Below, in pieces: positions 1 through 11,800 of a stretch of DNA of 64,000 nt. The notes beneath the pieces are model-generated. The model had not been told where the DNA came from. It searched no databases and saw only the letters and a program-made list of their open reading frames with translations. Within the stretch, counting starts at the first letter, position 1. Each line of letters starts with the position of its first letter. Position numbers and translations under genes: made by a program. This stretch comes from Gemmatimonadota bacterium. Its GTDB lineage: Bacteria > Gemmatimonadota > Gemmatimonadetes > Gemmatimonadales > GWC2-71-9. The DNA is taken from contig JAZDCY010000004.1 in assembly GCA_036679645.1 (NCBI GenBank), positions 31,733-95,732 on the forward strand, written 5' to 3'.

Positions 1-1206
1 GGCAGCGGCGGTGTACCCGAGGCGCCCATCACCTGCGCCGGCGCGTCAGCGGGCGGGGTGCCGACGTTCACCTTCTGGGCACCCGACTTCGAGATGCCCG
101 AGGTACTCAAGGCCAACCTCGGGTACGAGACCATGATTGGTGACCGGTCGCGGTTCGCGGTGAACCTCCTGTACTCGCAGACCTGGAATCTGTACACGGT
201 CCGGAACCTGAATCTCCGGGATTCTCAATTCCAGCTCTCCGGGGAGGGCAGTCGGCGCGTGTTCAGCCCCATGGGGGTGTTCGATCCGACCAGTGCCAAC
301 ACCACCGGCTCGCGCCGGAACCTGGAGTTCGGTGAAGCGCTGGTGAACTTCAACGACGGCCGGGCTCGGGCGATCGTTGCGGAGTTCCGCGGATCACGCC
401 GTGTCAGCCCCGGGTTGTCGATTAATGCCTCGTACACCTTCACGAAGGCATGGGACAACTCCCCGTACTCGTGTTGCACGGCGTTTGGCGGGTATGCCGG
501 TCCGACTACCGGCGCGTTCGGGCCCAACGAGATCGGGAGCTTCGGCGACAGCGACCACGCGTGGGGCATCAGCGACTTTGCCCGCGAGCACGCCATTGTC
601 GTCTCGGCGTTCGCCAGCATGCCGTTCGGCGTCCGGTTCGCCGCGTTCTGGAAGAGCCAGAGCGGCCGGCCGTGGACAGTGGTTGGCGATGACGACCTCA
701 ACGGTGACGGCATCACCGGAAACGACCGCACGTTTATCTTTGCTCCCGCGGACCTGCCGCTGGCGTCGACCGGCGATGATGCGGTAGCGGAGCGGGCCCT
801 GTATCAGCAGATCCTCAACGGGAACTCGTGCGTCGGGGATTTCGTGGGACGGATCGTCGAGCGCAACACCTGTCGGATGCCCTGGCGGCACGACCTGAAC
901 ATCAGGCTCACGCGTGGGTTCGGGACGGTCTCCGGTCAGCGGGCGGAACTCCAGGTCGACTTCTTCAACGTCCTCAACGGGCTCGGCCGCTTGTTCTGTG
1001 ACGATCTGACGTCCGGTTTCTGCGGTCTGGGACGCGTGACCGGCGTGTTCGGTTCGGACCAGGAGCTGCTCGATCCGCGCGGCTTCGATCCCGCGACGGG
1101 CCAGATTCTCTATCAGGTCAACGATGACTTTGGCGAGGAACAGTTGCTCGGCGCCAATCTGGTGTTGCAGTTCCAGCTCCAGGTGGCATTGCGCTACTTC
1201 TTTTAG
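1..1206 (+). CDS. TonB-dependent/Oar-like outer membrane receptor, C-terminal part (5' end outside window)
   Basis: Frame is open from base 1. Amphipathic beta-strands (INASYTFTKA, VDFFNVLN), a DLNGDG loop and a C-terminal aromatic OMP signature (QVALRYFF). Confidence 0.8.
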   Translation, partial: GSGGVPEAPITCAGASAGGVPTFTFWAPDFEMPEVLKANLGYETMIGDRSRFAVNLLYSQTWNLYTVRNLNLRDSQFQLSGEGSRRVFSPMGVFDPTSANTTGSRRNLEFGEALVNFNDGRARAIVAEFRGSRRVSPGLSINASYTFTKAWDNSPYSCCTAFGGYAGPTTGAFGPNEIGSFGDSDHAWGISDFAREHAIVVSAFASMPFGVRFAAFWKSQSGRPWTVVGDDDLNGDGITGNDRTFIFAPADLPLASTGDDAVAERALYQQILNGNSCVGDFVGRIVERNTCRMPWRHDLNIRLTRGFGTVSGQRAELQVDFFNVLNGLGRLFCDDLTSGFCGLGRVTGVFGSDQELLDPRGFDPATGQILYQVNDDFGEEQLLGANLVLQFQLQVALRYFF

Positions 1207-1243
1207 ACCGGCTCCGGCGCACGACGCCGGCGGTTCGATAATC

Positions 1244-1276
1244 CAGAGGCCCCGGAGCGCTTTTCCGGGGTCTTTG
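1244..1276 (+). terminator. Putative intrinsic terminator after the receptor gene
   Basis: CAGAGGCCCCGGA / TCCGGGGTCTTTG stem ending in a T-rich stretch. Confidence 0.55.
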
Positions 1277-1343
1277 CCTTGTGACAAAAGGTGCGTGATG
1301 ACGGGCTACCACGTGCGCACGACCGCGTCTATCTTGCGAGCCC

Positions 1344-2306
1344 ATGACGAGTGTCGCCGAAACCTCCCGTACCGCGCTAATCGATGAAATCGGCGAGCTC
1401 AGGGTGGAGCGCAAGGCCGCGATCCTCGCGCACAACTACCAAATCCCGGATATCCAGGATCTGGCGGACGTGGTGGCCGATTCCCTAAAGCTCGCTCGGC
1501 AGGCGACGAGTATCGATGCCGACCGGATCGTCCTGTGCGGCGTGTACTTCATGGCCGAGACCGCGGCCATCGCCAACCCCGACAAACAGGTCCTGATACC
1601 TGATCCGAGAGCCGGATGCTCCCTGGCCGAGACGATCCAGGCGCGCGACGTACGGAAGTGGAAGGGAGAGCATCCCGACGGTCTCGTCGTCGCCTATGTC
1701 AATACCAGCGCGGACGTCAAGGCGCAGGCCGACTACTGCTGCACGTCAGGGAACGCGGTTGCGGTGATCGAGGCGCTGCCGCCGGACGTACCGGTGCTCT
1801 TTCTCCCCGATTTCTTCCTCGGCAACTACCTGCGCGAGGTTACCGGGCGCGAGATGGATGTGTGGCTGGGTGAGTGCCACGTGCATGCGGGGCTCGGCCC
1901 GGACGCGATCGAGGCCAAGCGGGCGGAGATGCCCGACGCGGAGATCCTGGTCCATCCCGAATGCGGCTGTGTGACGAGCACGCTCTACTACATGAATCAT
2001 GAGGGACGCCTCTCGGATCGGACGCACATTGTCTCGACGGAGCAGATGATGCGCCGCGCGAAGGAGTCGGACGCCAAGCAGTTCGTGGTGGCGACCGAAA
2101 CTGGTGTACTCCACCGCATGCGGATGGAGAACCCCGAAAAAGAGTTCTACGCGGTGTCCGAGGAGGCCGAGTGCCGCTACATGAAGATGATCACGTTGGA
2201 GAAGCTGCGCGATTCACTGCGCGACCTGCAGTATGAAGTGACCGTCCCTGCCAGTACCGCCCGACGCGCGCGACGAGCTATCGATCGCATGCTGGCGATT
2301 GGCTGA
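1344..2306 (+). CDS. nadA: Quinolinate synthase A
   Basis: ILAHNYQ, CGVYFMAET, AGCSLA, YVNTSA, CHVH, HPEC, CRYMK motifs. Confidence 0.97.
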   Translation: MTSVAETSRTALIDEIGELRVERKAAILAHNYQIPDIQDLADVVADSLKLARQATSIDADRIVLCGVYFMAETAAIANPDKQVLIPDPRAGCSLAETIQARDVRKWKGEHPDGLVVAYVNTSADVKAQADYCCTSGNAVAVIEALPPDVPVLFLPDFFLGNYLREVTGREMDVWLGECHVHAGLGPDAIEAKRAEMPDAEILVHPECGCVTSTLYYMNHEGRLSDRTHIVSTEQMMRRAKESDAKQFVVATETGVLHRMRMENPEKEFYAVSEEAECRYMKMITLEKLRDSLRDLQYEVTVPASTARRARRAIDRMLAIG

Positions 2307-3125
2307 CACCCTGGGTGCAGAACCCGTTCGCCGCGCACTCGAGGAAGACGCGGCGCGGGCGGATGTGACGACGGCGCTGTTGGGCGAGGGCGCTCTGCGG
2401 ATGGCCGAGGGGCGCTTCGTAGCCGAGGACGCCATGGTTGTGGCGGGAACTCCCGTCGCGCGTGAAACCTTTCGGCAGCTCGATGAGACAATCGAGTTCG
2501 TGGACTCGATTGCCGACGGATCACGCGCTGCCGCGGGCGATCCGTGAGGACGATCCTTGCCGGGGAACGCGTCGCACTCAACTTCCTGCAGCGGCTCTCG
2601 GGGGTCGCGACCTGCACACGGATGGCGGTCGATGCGGTCGCCGGCACAGGTACGGAGATCACTCACACCCGAAAGACGACACCAGGCCTGCGCGAGCTGG
2701 AGCGCTACGCGGTGCGGATGGGGGGCGGCGTATCTCATCGAGCGTCGCTCGCAGACGCGGTGTTGTGGAAGGACAATCACTGGCTGGCGGCGGCGCGTTT
2801 GGGCGTGCAGTTGCGTGATGCGCTTGCCAGCGCGCCAGAGGGCACGCCGGTCATTGTCGAGGTTGAATCGATCGAACAACTCGAGCAGGCGCTCGAAGCG
2901 GGAGTGCGGCGCGTCCTCGTGGACAACCAGTCTCCCGATCGGGTCCGCGCGTGGGTCGAGCGGTGCGGTCCCGACGTCGTGGTCGAAGCGTCCGGGGGAC
3001 TCAACCTCGCCACGCTGCAAGACTACGCGCGCGCCGGCGCCCGCTACCTCTCAATCGGAATGCTGACCCATTCGGCGCCGGCGGCCCGAATCCGTCTGGA
3101 CCTGTCCATCCCAAATAGCGCCTAG
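2299..3125 (+). pseudogene. nadC: Nicotinate-nucleotide pyrophosphorylase split by a frameshift/deletion near 2544 (pseudogene or assembly error)
   Basis: N-terminal part (ALEED..DVTT..) in 2299-2547. C-terminal part (ERVALNFLQRLSGVAT, TRKTTPGLR, KDNH, EVES, EASGG) in another frame, 2544-3125. Confidence 0.85.
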
Positions 3126-3191
3126 CGCGCGGCATCGAAGTTGGATGAGCGTGCAGCGCACCGCCCGAACGCGGCGCTTGGCGTGGTTGCG

Positions 3192-4277
3192 CTAGGTCCT
3201 AGCTCGTGCGAGCAAGAGCACACCCGCGGCACCGAACGTGATGTTGGGCAGCCAGGCGGCGGCGGTTGGCGGCATGAGTCCGCCCGCGCCGATCGCTTCG
3301 GAAAGTTGGATGAACATGAGGAAGACAACGGTCGTAATGAGGCTGAGTCCGACGCCCAACGCTCCCGAGCCACGTGGCGACGTGAGCGCAAGCGGCGCCC
3401 CAAAAAATGCGATCACGATGCACGTGAATGGGATTGCGATCTTCAGCGCCTGACGCACCCGCAGCTTGCGGCCGTCCCCCCCGGACCGCTCGAGATCGTC
3501 GATGTAGCGGCCCAACTCGGCAAACCGCATTTCCTTCGGTTCCTTGGGCTCGATGAGCAGCTGGGATGGGCTCTCGACCAACGACCGTTGCACAAGGGAA
3601 TCGAAACCGAAGGTGAGTTGGTCACCCAGATCGCGGATGATGCGGAACTGCCCATTCTCGAGCGTCCAGCGAGCCGGTGTCGAGTCGTACGCCGCGCGCG
3701 GACTCTGGATGACCAGGGTAGGATACTCGATCCCGGTTCCCTCTCGCTCGAGCACCGAATGGCGCATCGTGTTCTGGGTGATGTCCAGCGCCCATACTGT
3801 GTAAACCCATCCCTGGTCGGCGCGATAGACGAAGTTGTAACGCGAGGTCGTCGACCGGACCTGTCGCTCACCGAGCAATTCGAGCTGCCGTCGCGTGGCG
3901 GCGGGAGACCACTCGGAGAGCGCGAACGCCGCTCCTGCCACCAGAATCGCGGCGATAAAGATAGGCGCGATCGTGCGGTAAAAGCTCCTCCCGGCTGCCT
4001 TGCATGCCGTCAACTCGGAATGCCGGTTCAGCAGGCCAATCGTAAAGACGGTCGCGAAGAGCACGCCTGCCGGCATGACGAGGAAGATCTTCTCGGGGAA
4101 GCTGTACAGATAGCCGAGCGCGATGGCCGCTGGCTCGATTCCGCGACTCATGTGCTCGTCCAGCGAATCGGTCAGCTCGAACGCGGTGACGATGACGGGA
4201 AACCCGATCTCCGTAAGCACGAAGATCTTGAGCCACTCCCAGAGCACGTACCGATCCAAGATGAAGCCACGCGTCAT
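3192..4277 (-). CDS. lptG: LPS export permease LptG (LptF/G family)
   Basis: ILDRYV start, SELTACKAAG motif, 3+3 TM segments around a periplasmic domain. ATG at 4277 overlaps the lptF stop (ATGA). Confidence 0.85.
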   Translation of the reverse strand: MTRGFILDRYVLWEWLKIFVLTEIGFPVIVTAFELTDSLDEHMSRGIEPAAIALGYLYSFPEKIFLVMPAGVLFATVFTIGLLNRHSELTACKAAGRSFYRTIAPIFIAAILVAGAAFALSEWSPAATRRQLELLGERQVRSTTSRYNFVYRADQGWVYTVWALDITQNTMRHSVLEREGTGIEYPTLVIQSPRAAYDSTPARWTLENGQFRIIRDLGDQLTFGFDSLVQRSLVESPSQLLIEPKEPKEMRFAELGRYIDDLERSGGDGRKLRVRQALKIAIPFTCIVIAFFGAPLALTSPRGSGALGVGLSLITTVVFLMFIQLSEAIGAGGLMPPTAAAWLPNITFGAAGVLLLARART

Positions 4278-5770
4278 GCGGGGCTGGGTTCTGCCTCGGG
4301 CGTGCGGGGTACTGGCCGACGGCCGAGGAGCGCTAGCCACCCTTTTCTGGGAACTGCCTCGCGGCGCAGGCGCTGCAGCAAGACCAATCCGACCAGCGCA
4401 AGGCCTACGTTGGGCGTCCACATGAACCACGGCGGGACGACGAGCCGGTCGGCGAGCGATTCGCCTGCAATCAACCCGATGTAAAAGATGGCGAACACCG
4501 ACATGCTCACACCGATAACCAAGCCAACGCCGCCACGCGGGAACCGAACGCCGATGGGAAGGCCGACGATCACGAACACCAAACAGGCCGCAGCGATCGC
4601 GTACTTCTTGTGGATCTCAACAAGGAAATGGGCGCTGCGGATCGATGCCTGGCGCTCGCGGTCCGCGAAGGCCCGGACCTCCGAACCGCGCAATACGCCC
4701 TGGCGGCCCCGCGAGACTGTTGCGACTGCCCCGGTGGTGACGCGCCGTGCTATGGATGTCCGCCGGGATGTCTGCTCTTGGGCGGCGAGCTCCTCGGGCA
4801 GCAGCCACGTGCTCACCGCGAGCAGCGCGCGGCAGTACACGCTCCGGCGTACGGGCGGGACTGCGGTATCGACCGGTATTGGTGCCAGACCGACAAGCGC
4901 ACGCAGGCCGTTTCGGCGGACCGCGTCCGCGCGGCGGCGCGCGAGCCGTTCTTCGTGTCGGGCCGCGCGCACGACCTCTTCCATCTCGCAGATCCCCATC
5001 TCGCGGTCGCCTTTGTATGAATCGCTCAGCGTCCGCTTCAGCTCGTTCCCCACGCCGGCGACCACGACGATGTCCCTGGAGAATCCTACATGCTGGAACA
5101 TCCCGGGTTCGGCGCGGTCAAACTCATGCATCGTCCCGTCGTACAACGTCAGGAGGGCGTCCTCCTGATCGGCCGTGATCGCCAGATACCCGCTGTCCGC
5201 GTAAATAATGCGGTTGCGGTCCTGGTCGGTCAGGTCCCAAATCGTCACGTCGAGCAGGGCGTAGGTGACGGGATCGATCGCCGCGGCTCTGAGGAAAAAC
5301 TTGCTTCGCTGGACTTCGTTGATCACCTGCTCCTTGATGGAGAAGGTGGGCTTCTTTCGCGCTATATCTGTGTATAGGGTGCGCAAGCGATGATTCGATC
5401 GCGGCAGCACGTGATCGCTGAAGATCAACGCCACGATCGAGACGCCGAGGCCGGCGAGGAGTAGTGGGCGCATGACGCGACCTAGTGAGATACCGCTTGC
5501 GCGCAACGCGGTGATCTCGTTGCCGCCGGCGAGACCCGTGACGACGTAGAGAACGGCGACCAACGTTGCCATGGGTAGAGTCATCGCCACGATGAACGGG
5601 ATGGAGAGGGCGAAGACCTCGACGATGACCGTCCAGGGCAGTCCTTTGCCCAAGAGGTCACCCAGTCGCTTGGCGATCTGGTTGAGGAGCAACAGGCTCG
5701 TCAATGCCCCTAACGCGAAGATGAAGGGGCCAACGTGCAGCCGGAGGAGGTATCGGCTGAGAATTGACAT
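4274..5770 (-). CDS. lptF: LPS export permease LptF (LptF/G family), with a periplasmic insertion
   Basis: ILSRYLLR, NEITALRASGISL, EIHKKYAIAAAC motifs. Paired with lptG. Confidence 0.85.
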   Translation of the reverse strand: MSILSRYLLRLHVGPFIFALGALTSLLLLNQIAKRLGDLLGKGLPWTVIVEVFALSIPFIVAMTLPMATLVAVLYVVTGLAGGNEITALRASGISLGRVMRPLLLAGLGVSIVALIFSDHVLPRSNHRLRTLYTDIARKKPTFSIKEQVINEVQRSKFFLRAAAIDPVTYALLDVTIWDLTDQDRNRIIYADSGYLAITADQEDALLTLYDGTMHEFDRAEPGMFQHVGFSRDIVVVAGVGNELKRTLSDSYKGDREMGICEMEEVVRAARHEERLARRRADAVRRNGLRALVGLAPIPVDTAVPPVRRSVYCRALLAVSTWLLPEELAAQEQTSRRTSIARRVTTGAVATVSRGRQGVLRGSEVRAFADRERQASIRSAHFLVEIHKKYAIAAACLVFVIVGLPIGVRFPRGGVGLVIGVSMSVFAIFYIGLIAGESLADRLVVPPWFMWTPNVGLALVGLVLLQRLRREAVPRKGWLALLGRRPVPRTPEAEPSPA

Positions 5771-5866
5771 CTGTACCCGTAACCTATGCCCTTGTAAGAG
5801 GTTGAGCCCTCAGTTATATTGGGCTACCTCAGCTACTCTAGCGCGTATCCCACTCACTCATTGACA

Positions 5867-8800
5867 GTGTCGCGCCTCGGACTCGCGGTCCTTGCCATCG
5901 CGCTCTTGTGGCCACGTGTCTCGTCTGCCCAGCAACTTCCGCAAGATAGCCTGCCTCATCTGGTCGTGCGGTTGCCGGTCGCGCTTCCGCCGCTACGGCT
6001 TCTTCGCGTGGCGCTGCCGGGGGGCCGTCTTGGGTTGCGGTCGGCGCCCGGGTTTGTGGCGGCAATGTGGCAACGCGAGCTACTCGAGCGGATTGCGCGG
6101 GCGCGGCGGCGTCGCTTACAGCAACCCGTACGCCCGGTGGGAGTGGTGCAGGCGCCGGAGGAGCCCGAGCCGGCAGAGCCGCCACCCGGGTTCCCTCCGG
6201 TGGGGGCCGAAGGGCCGGGCGAGGGCGAGCGGGAGGACCCGCTGGATCTCCTGTCCCGGTATGCCGACCTGGGACTCCAACTCCGCGCCCGCTTCGAGAT
6301 GAAGATGGACCGGCTGCGCAACGAACGCTGCACGGCGGCTGACGCCGCCAACCCGATCTCGGGGTGCCAGGGCGGTTTCCCAACGCCGACGCTCGACCAG
6401 CAGTTCAGCGTGCGTGCCGGCGGGATCGTCGGGCGGCGTATCCATGTCAATGTCGACTTCGACAGCGAGCGGGAATTCAGCGCGAACAACAACATCAACG
6501 TCTACTACGAGGGGCTGGAGGATGAAATTCTCCGCCGCGTCGAGGTGGGGAACGTCTCGTTCAACGCGCCGGCATCTCGCTTCATTGCGGCGGCCATTCC
6601 CGCCAACTCGTTTGGCATCCAGGCGGAAGCACAGATCGGGGCGTTTGAGTTCCGCACCATCGCCGCGCAGCAGAAGGGGTCGCAAATTCGATCGCGCGTC
6701 TTCACCGTAGGTGAGACGACGACCCAACCAATCGACAGAGAATCGCGGGATCTCGATTTCGAGGCGGGGCGGTTCTTCTTCGTGGTCGATCCGCGCACGC
6801 TTCCCGGGTTCCCCGCCGTCGATATTCTGAATCTCCCGGGTGAGTTGCTGGCGGCTGCAGAGCGACCCACGGATGTGCGAGTCTACCGTTTGCGGGCGCA
6901 AACGGCGCGCAGCGGCACCAACCCGAACCTCGGTGGGATCGACGCGGTAGCGGTGCGGGACGACAGCCCACAGCGCGTGGGTCCTTTCCCATGGGAATTG
7001 CTGGTCGAGGGGCAGGACTACTTCATCGACCCCACAGGCGTCTGGTTCGCCATCCGGACGCGAGTGGGCGACCAGGACTTCCTGGCGGTGTCCTACGTGA
7101 CGGTTGCCGGCGATACCGTCGGCACGTTCCCGGCGGTGAATGGGCAAGGTGGGGCGGTGGACACGCTCCGGCTGATCTTCGAGCCGCGCCGCGGGCCGGA
7201 GGTACCCACCTTCGATCACGAAATGCGGAATGTCTATCGGATTGGGGGTAGCGACATCCGGCGGCGGACCCTCGAGTTGACGTTGCTCGTGAACGAGTCG
7301 GAACAACCGCTCGATGGACAGGGGACCTATCTCTCCCTGCTAGGTCTTGCCAAGACGACCGATCCGTCCACGGTCGATGAGTTCAACCGCGTCTTCCCCC
7401 GCTCGCGCGATCCCAACAACGGTGCCCCGATCCGCGATCTGTTCGTGATCTTCCCGCACCTGAGGCCGTTTGCTGATAGCGCCCGACTGCAACCGGGCGA
7501 GCAAAACGATTCACTGTACCGGACGCCGACATACCTCCTGCGCACGCAGGGCCCGCCGCCCAAGTTCCGACTCCGATGGCACTACGAGGCAGTTGGGGCG
7601 GGTGACCGGGCCACACTTTCTCTCGGTGCCCTGCAAATCCGTGACGGCAGCGAGAAGCTGTTCATCGGTAACAATGAACTCGTTCGCAATCGGGATTACC
7701 AGATCGACTATGGCGTGGGGCTCGTCACCTTTACGAACCCGGACTCGCTGTTTCGCGGCCCGACGCAGATTCGCGCGCAGTTCGAAGAGAATCAGGGGTT
7801 CGACGTCGCACCCAAGAGCATTGTCGGGCTCTCGACCACCTATGATCTGGGCGCGCGGGGGAGCATTAGCGCGATCGGCTTTTTGCAACGCGAGAGCAGC
7901 CTGCTCACGAGGCCGCAACTTGGATTTGAGCCGCAATCGAACTTCATCGGAGGTCTCAGCACGCGACTGCAGTTTCGCCCCGACGTGCTGACGCGCGCGC
8001 TCGACGCTCTCCCGCTGATCTCGACCCGCGTCCCTTCCCGCCTTTCCGTCAACGGCGAGATCGCGATGTCCCGACCCAATCCCAACGAGGCTGGCGAGGC
8101 GTTCCTCGAGGAGTTCGAGGGGTCGGCATTCCGCCCGCTCTCGCTGGGTGAGAATGCCTTTCAGCTCGGCAGCCGCCCATTCTCGGGCAGAGGAATCCCG
8201 GCCACCCATCTCTCCCCGTTCGGGGAATTCGCCGACATCGACGCGGTCCCCCTGGTTTGGCAGAACACGATCCAGGTCGGCAACGAGATCCTGCAATTCG
8301 CGCCACAGGCCATCGACTCCTCGATCGTGTTGTCGGGAGCGGCGCTCGATCTCGAGACCGTGCTGTGGCTTTCACTCAAGCCGGACACGATTGGCGGGGC
8401 GCCCGATCCGGTCACTGGAAGACCACGGTGGTTTCGGCAGCACACGTCGGGGGCGCGCTGGCGCAGCATCTCGCAGCCACTCGGCGGGTCCGGGATCGGC
8501 GTCGATCTCTCCACGCGCGAGTTCCTCGAGTTCTGGGTGCTGGAGGACGTGGAGCGGCAGGCCAAACAGGAGAATGCGCTCCTCGTGTTCGACTTCGGAA
8601 CCGTCTTCGAGGACGCCGTCGCCTTTGGGCCGGATGGGTTCACGGTAGCGGGCAACGATACGGTCTTCACGGGGTTCCAGTTCATTGGCCAGGGGCGTCT
8701 CGATACCGAGCGCGACACGGTGACCAATGTCTTCAACGCGGCGTTGAACGACATTGGCATTCACGGGGATCTCCTGCCCACAGTGATCAACTCCACGACG

Positions 8801-11800
8801 GGTGAGATCATAACCGATCTCCCGTTGTGTGAACTCGTGCCGGGTGGAGGACTACCGGTGTTTCCCCTCGGCGATCTCGGCGCGCGATGCACACGCCGGA
8901 ACGGCATTCCAGACACCGAAGACCTCGACGGTGACACGCGGCTCGATGTGACCGTGGGTAGAGGTAGTGAGGATGTGCTCCGGTACGTGTTTCCCGTGGG
9001 TGACGATCGCTTCTTCGTTCGCACCGGTGGCTCGATCACCGATGGGCGAGGCAAGCGCCTCACATGGAGGTTGTATCGGATCCCGTTTCGCGAGGATACG
9101 CTCCAGATCGGAACGCCAAACATCCGGCAAGTCGAATCGTTGCGGCTCACCGTCGTGGCCCCGGATCGTGGGGGACAGGAGCAGGAGTTTGCGCTCGCGC
9201 TCGCGCGCCTCCGTCTGGTTGGGGCGCCGTGGTTGAAGCGCGCGGCTACGCCGATCGCGGGTATCAGCGGAAGGGTGGGCGAAACGCACGGTGAGGTCGT
9301 GGCGTCTGTAGTGACCACCGAGAACACCGATCTCGGGTACATCTCGCCCCCCGGGATCGGCAACCAGGCCAATCGTCGCGGAGCGGGTTTCCAGTTGGGG
9401 TCGCAACAGATCAACGAGAAGTCCCTTCGGCTGCTGGCGCGCGATCTTCGGATCGGTGAACGGGCGGAGGCATTCATACGGTTCACCGATGAAGCGGACA
9501 AGAACTTCCTGCGTTACGGAAGACTGCGAGTGTGGGCGCGAGGACGCGGGCCCGGATGGGAGGATCAGGACCTCGAGTTCTTCATCAAGGTGGGGCGTGA
9601 CGAGGACAACTTCTACATGTACCGCACACCGGCGCGCAGCGTGGATTGGGAGCCGGAGGTGGTCGTCGACCTCGACCGCTGGTTGCTGCTCCGGGCCCAG
9701 ATCGAGTCGGCGTGGCTCCGGGGGGAGCCGCCTTCCGGGGCTGCGGAATGCGGGGGCGACTCGACGGCGTTCGTGGCGTGCGACGGACCGTACATCGTAC
9801 ACGTGCGTGATCCGGGGGTGTCGCCGCCGAACCTGGCGCGCGTCTCGGAGATCGCCGTCGGCATGCTCCGTGTGCGGCAGAACGTGTTCGTCGGCCGTGC
9901 CGAGGTGTGGGTCGATGACATTCGCCTGAGCGATGTGATAGGAGATGTCGGGGTGGCGGGCGCTATCGATGTGCGCCTGCAGGGCGCCGACGTCTTCGAT
10001 GCGAACTTCGCGTTCAGCACGAAGGACGATCGCTTCCAACAACTAGGTGAAGCCCCGAGCTTCGTCACCGACGCGTCGGTCAGCGCCGGCGGGACATTCC
10101 GGCTCGAGCGACTCATCCCCGGAGGCAGTCAGTCCTTCAGTCTCCCTATTACCATCCAGCATGTGCGGTCATCGTCCGATCCGTTCTTCCTGAACCGCAC
10201 CGACGTGCGAGCCGACGCGCTAGTCGGTCTCCGTCGACCGCGCAGGTCTTCGACGGCGTACACGCTATCCTACCGCCGGCTCAGCCGCGGCGACTCCTTT
10301 CTCGAGACGGTGTTCGTGGACCCGTTCTCGTTCACGGGCTCGATCCAGAACGCGGACGCCACGACCGAGTTGAGCGACGCAAAGGCGAGGAATCGCCGGT
10401 TCCGACTCGACTACAACAATCTCCCCAGGGCGGTGACGGTGAAAGGCGCCCCGGGGTTTCTGGTCGGGATCGTGAACGCCCTACCGGGCTTCGTGCGGAA
10501 TAGCGAGTTCGGCAAGTCCCTTCGCGCCGCCCGTATGCGGGTCACACCCTTTCAGGTACGCGGTGGCGCACAACTGATCAACAACCGCACGCGGCGCTTT
10601 GCGTATCGCGTGCCGGTTGCGCTGAATTCCGATACAGCCATCCGGCCCCTCGAGAGCATCAACCACACACTACGCACCGACGGGGTGGTTGATATTCGAC
10701 CGTTCAACACGCTCGCCCTACGGGTATCGTTCGCATCGACCAGGAATCTCCAGGACTACGGAGATGCGACAACGATTGGTCGCCTGCTTGCGCGGCAACG
10801 GCGCACGTTCGTGGGACAGGACGTGGGCTTCGAGCAACTACGCCAGTTCACGACCGGGCTGACCCTGAGTCCGACGGTGGCGAGCTGGGTGCGTCCGCGG
10901 TTCGTGTTCACGAGCGGGTTCAACTTCAGCCGCGATCCCAACCAGCGCGTGCCCGTCCGACTCGGGAGCGACTCCGCCGGTGAGTTTCGCCTGCCGGAAA
11001 CGCTCGCCAACTCACGACGTCGGGAGATTGGAGCGACTGTAACGGTGGGCAACCTGGTTCGTGGGGTGCTCGGCGACTCGAGTTTCGTGACACGCATCTT
11101 TCGCCGCGTCCAACCGATTGACATGGCGGTATCCCGCGCCCTCAGATCGGTCTTCGACCGGCCCCCGTTCGACGCGGGTTTCCGCTATCAGCTGGCGTTT
11201 GGCGGGATCGACGACTTCCGACGACAACGCGGCGTCCTGGCAACGTCTGCCGCGCAGATCGATTCGCGGACAATAGGTGGGGGCCTGTCCCTTCCGCTCA
11301 ACGTCACCGTCCGGGCGAACTATCGGAATCAGGAATCGTCCACCTGGTCGCGTCGGGGGTCCGCGGACCAGCAGTCGCAGGTGATCCAGCGGACGCGTGA
11401 GTGGCCGGCTGGGTCGGTGTCGTGGACGCATAGTCCCAGGTGGTTTGTGCGCAAGCTGATTTCGATACTCTCGGTGAATGCGCGGTTGAGCGAGACGCGC
11501 ACGGAGAACATCCAGGCGGCCCTCGACGGAGAGGGAGCGGATAGCCGGAGAGAGAATCGTACGCGCACCGTTGCCCCGTCCGTGACGGTGACATGGAGAG
11601 GTGGTGTTGTGACGAGCCTGCAGTTCACGCGATCGGCATCCGATGCCGTGACCTCCGGGAACGTCACCAAGCGCGATACTCGCGATTGGGGTGCAAACAT
11701 GACGTTCGCATTCCGACCGCCGCGATCGCTCGTGCGGTTGCGCAATGAGATTCGCAGTACACTTTCCTACAACTCCTCGCTCGTGTCGGTTTGCCTCGTG

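Noticed and set aside
1207..1343. NAD+ riboswitch (nadA motif) upstream of nadA
   Set aside because: The short gap is largely occupied by a terminator-like hairpin and I could not recognise the motif. An Rfam scan would be needed.
3141..4484. Long antisense ORFs here and elsewhere (e.g. 13659-14921, 15436-16812, 23235-24818, 43406-44386)
   Set aside because: Shadow ORFs opposite well-supported genes, expected in high-GC DNA and without recognisable motifs.
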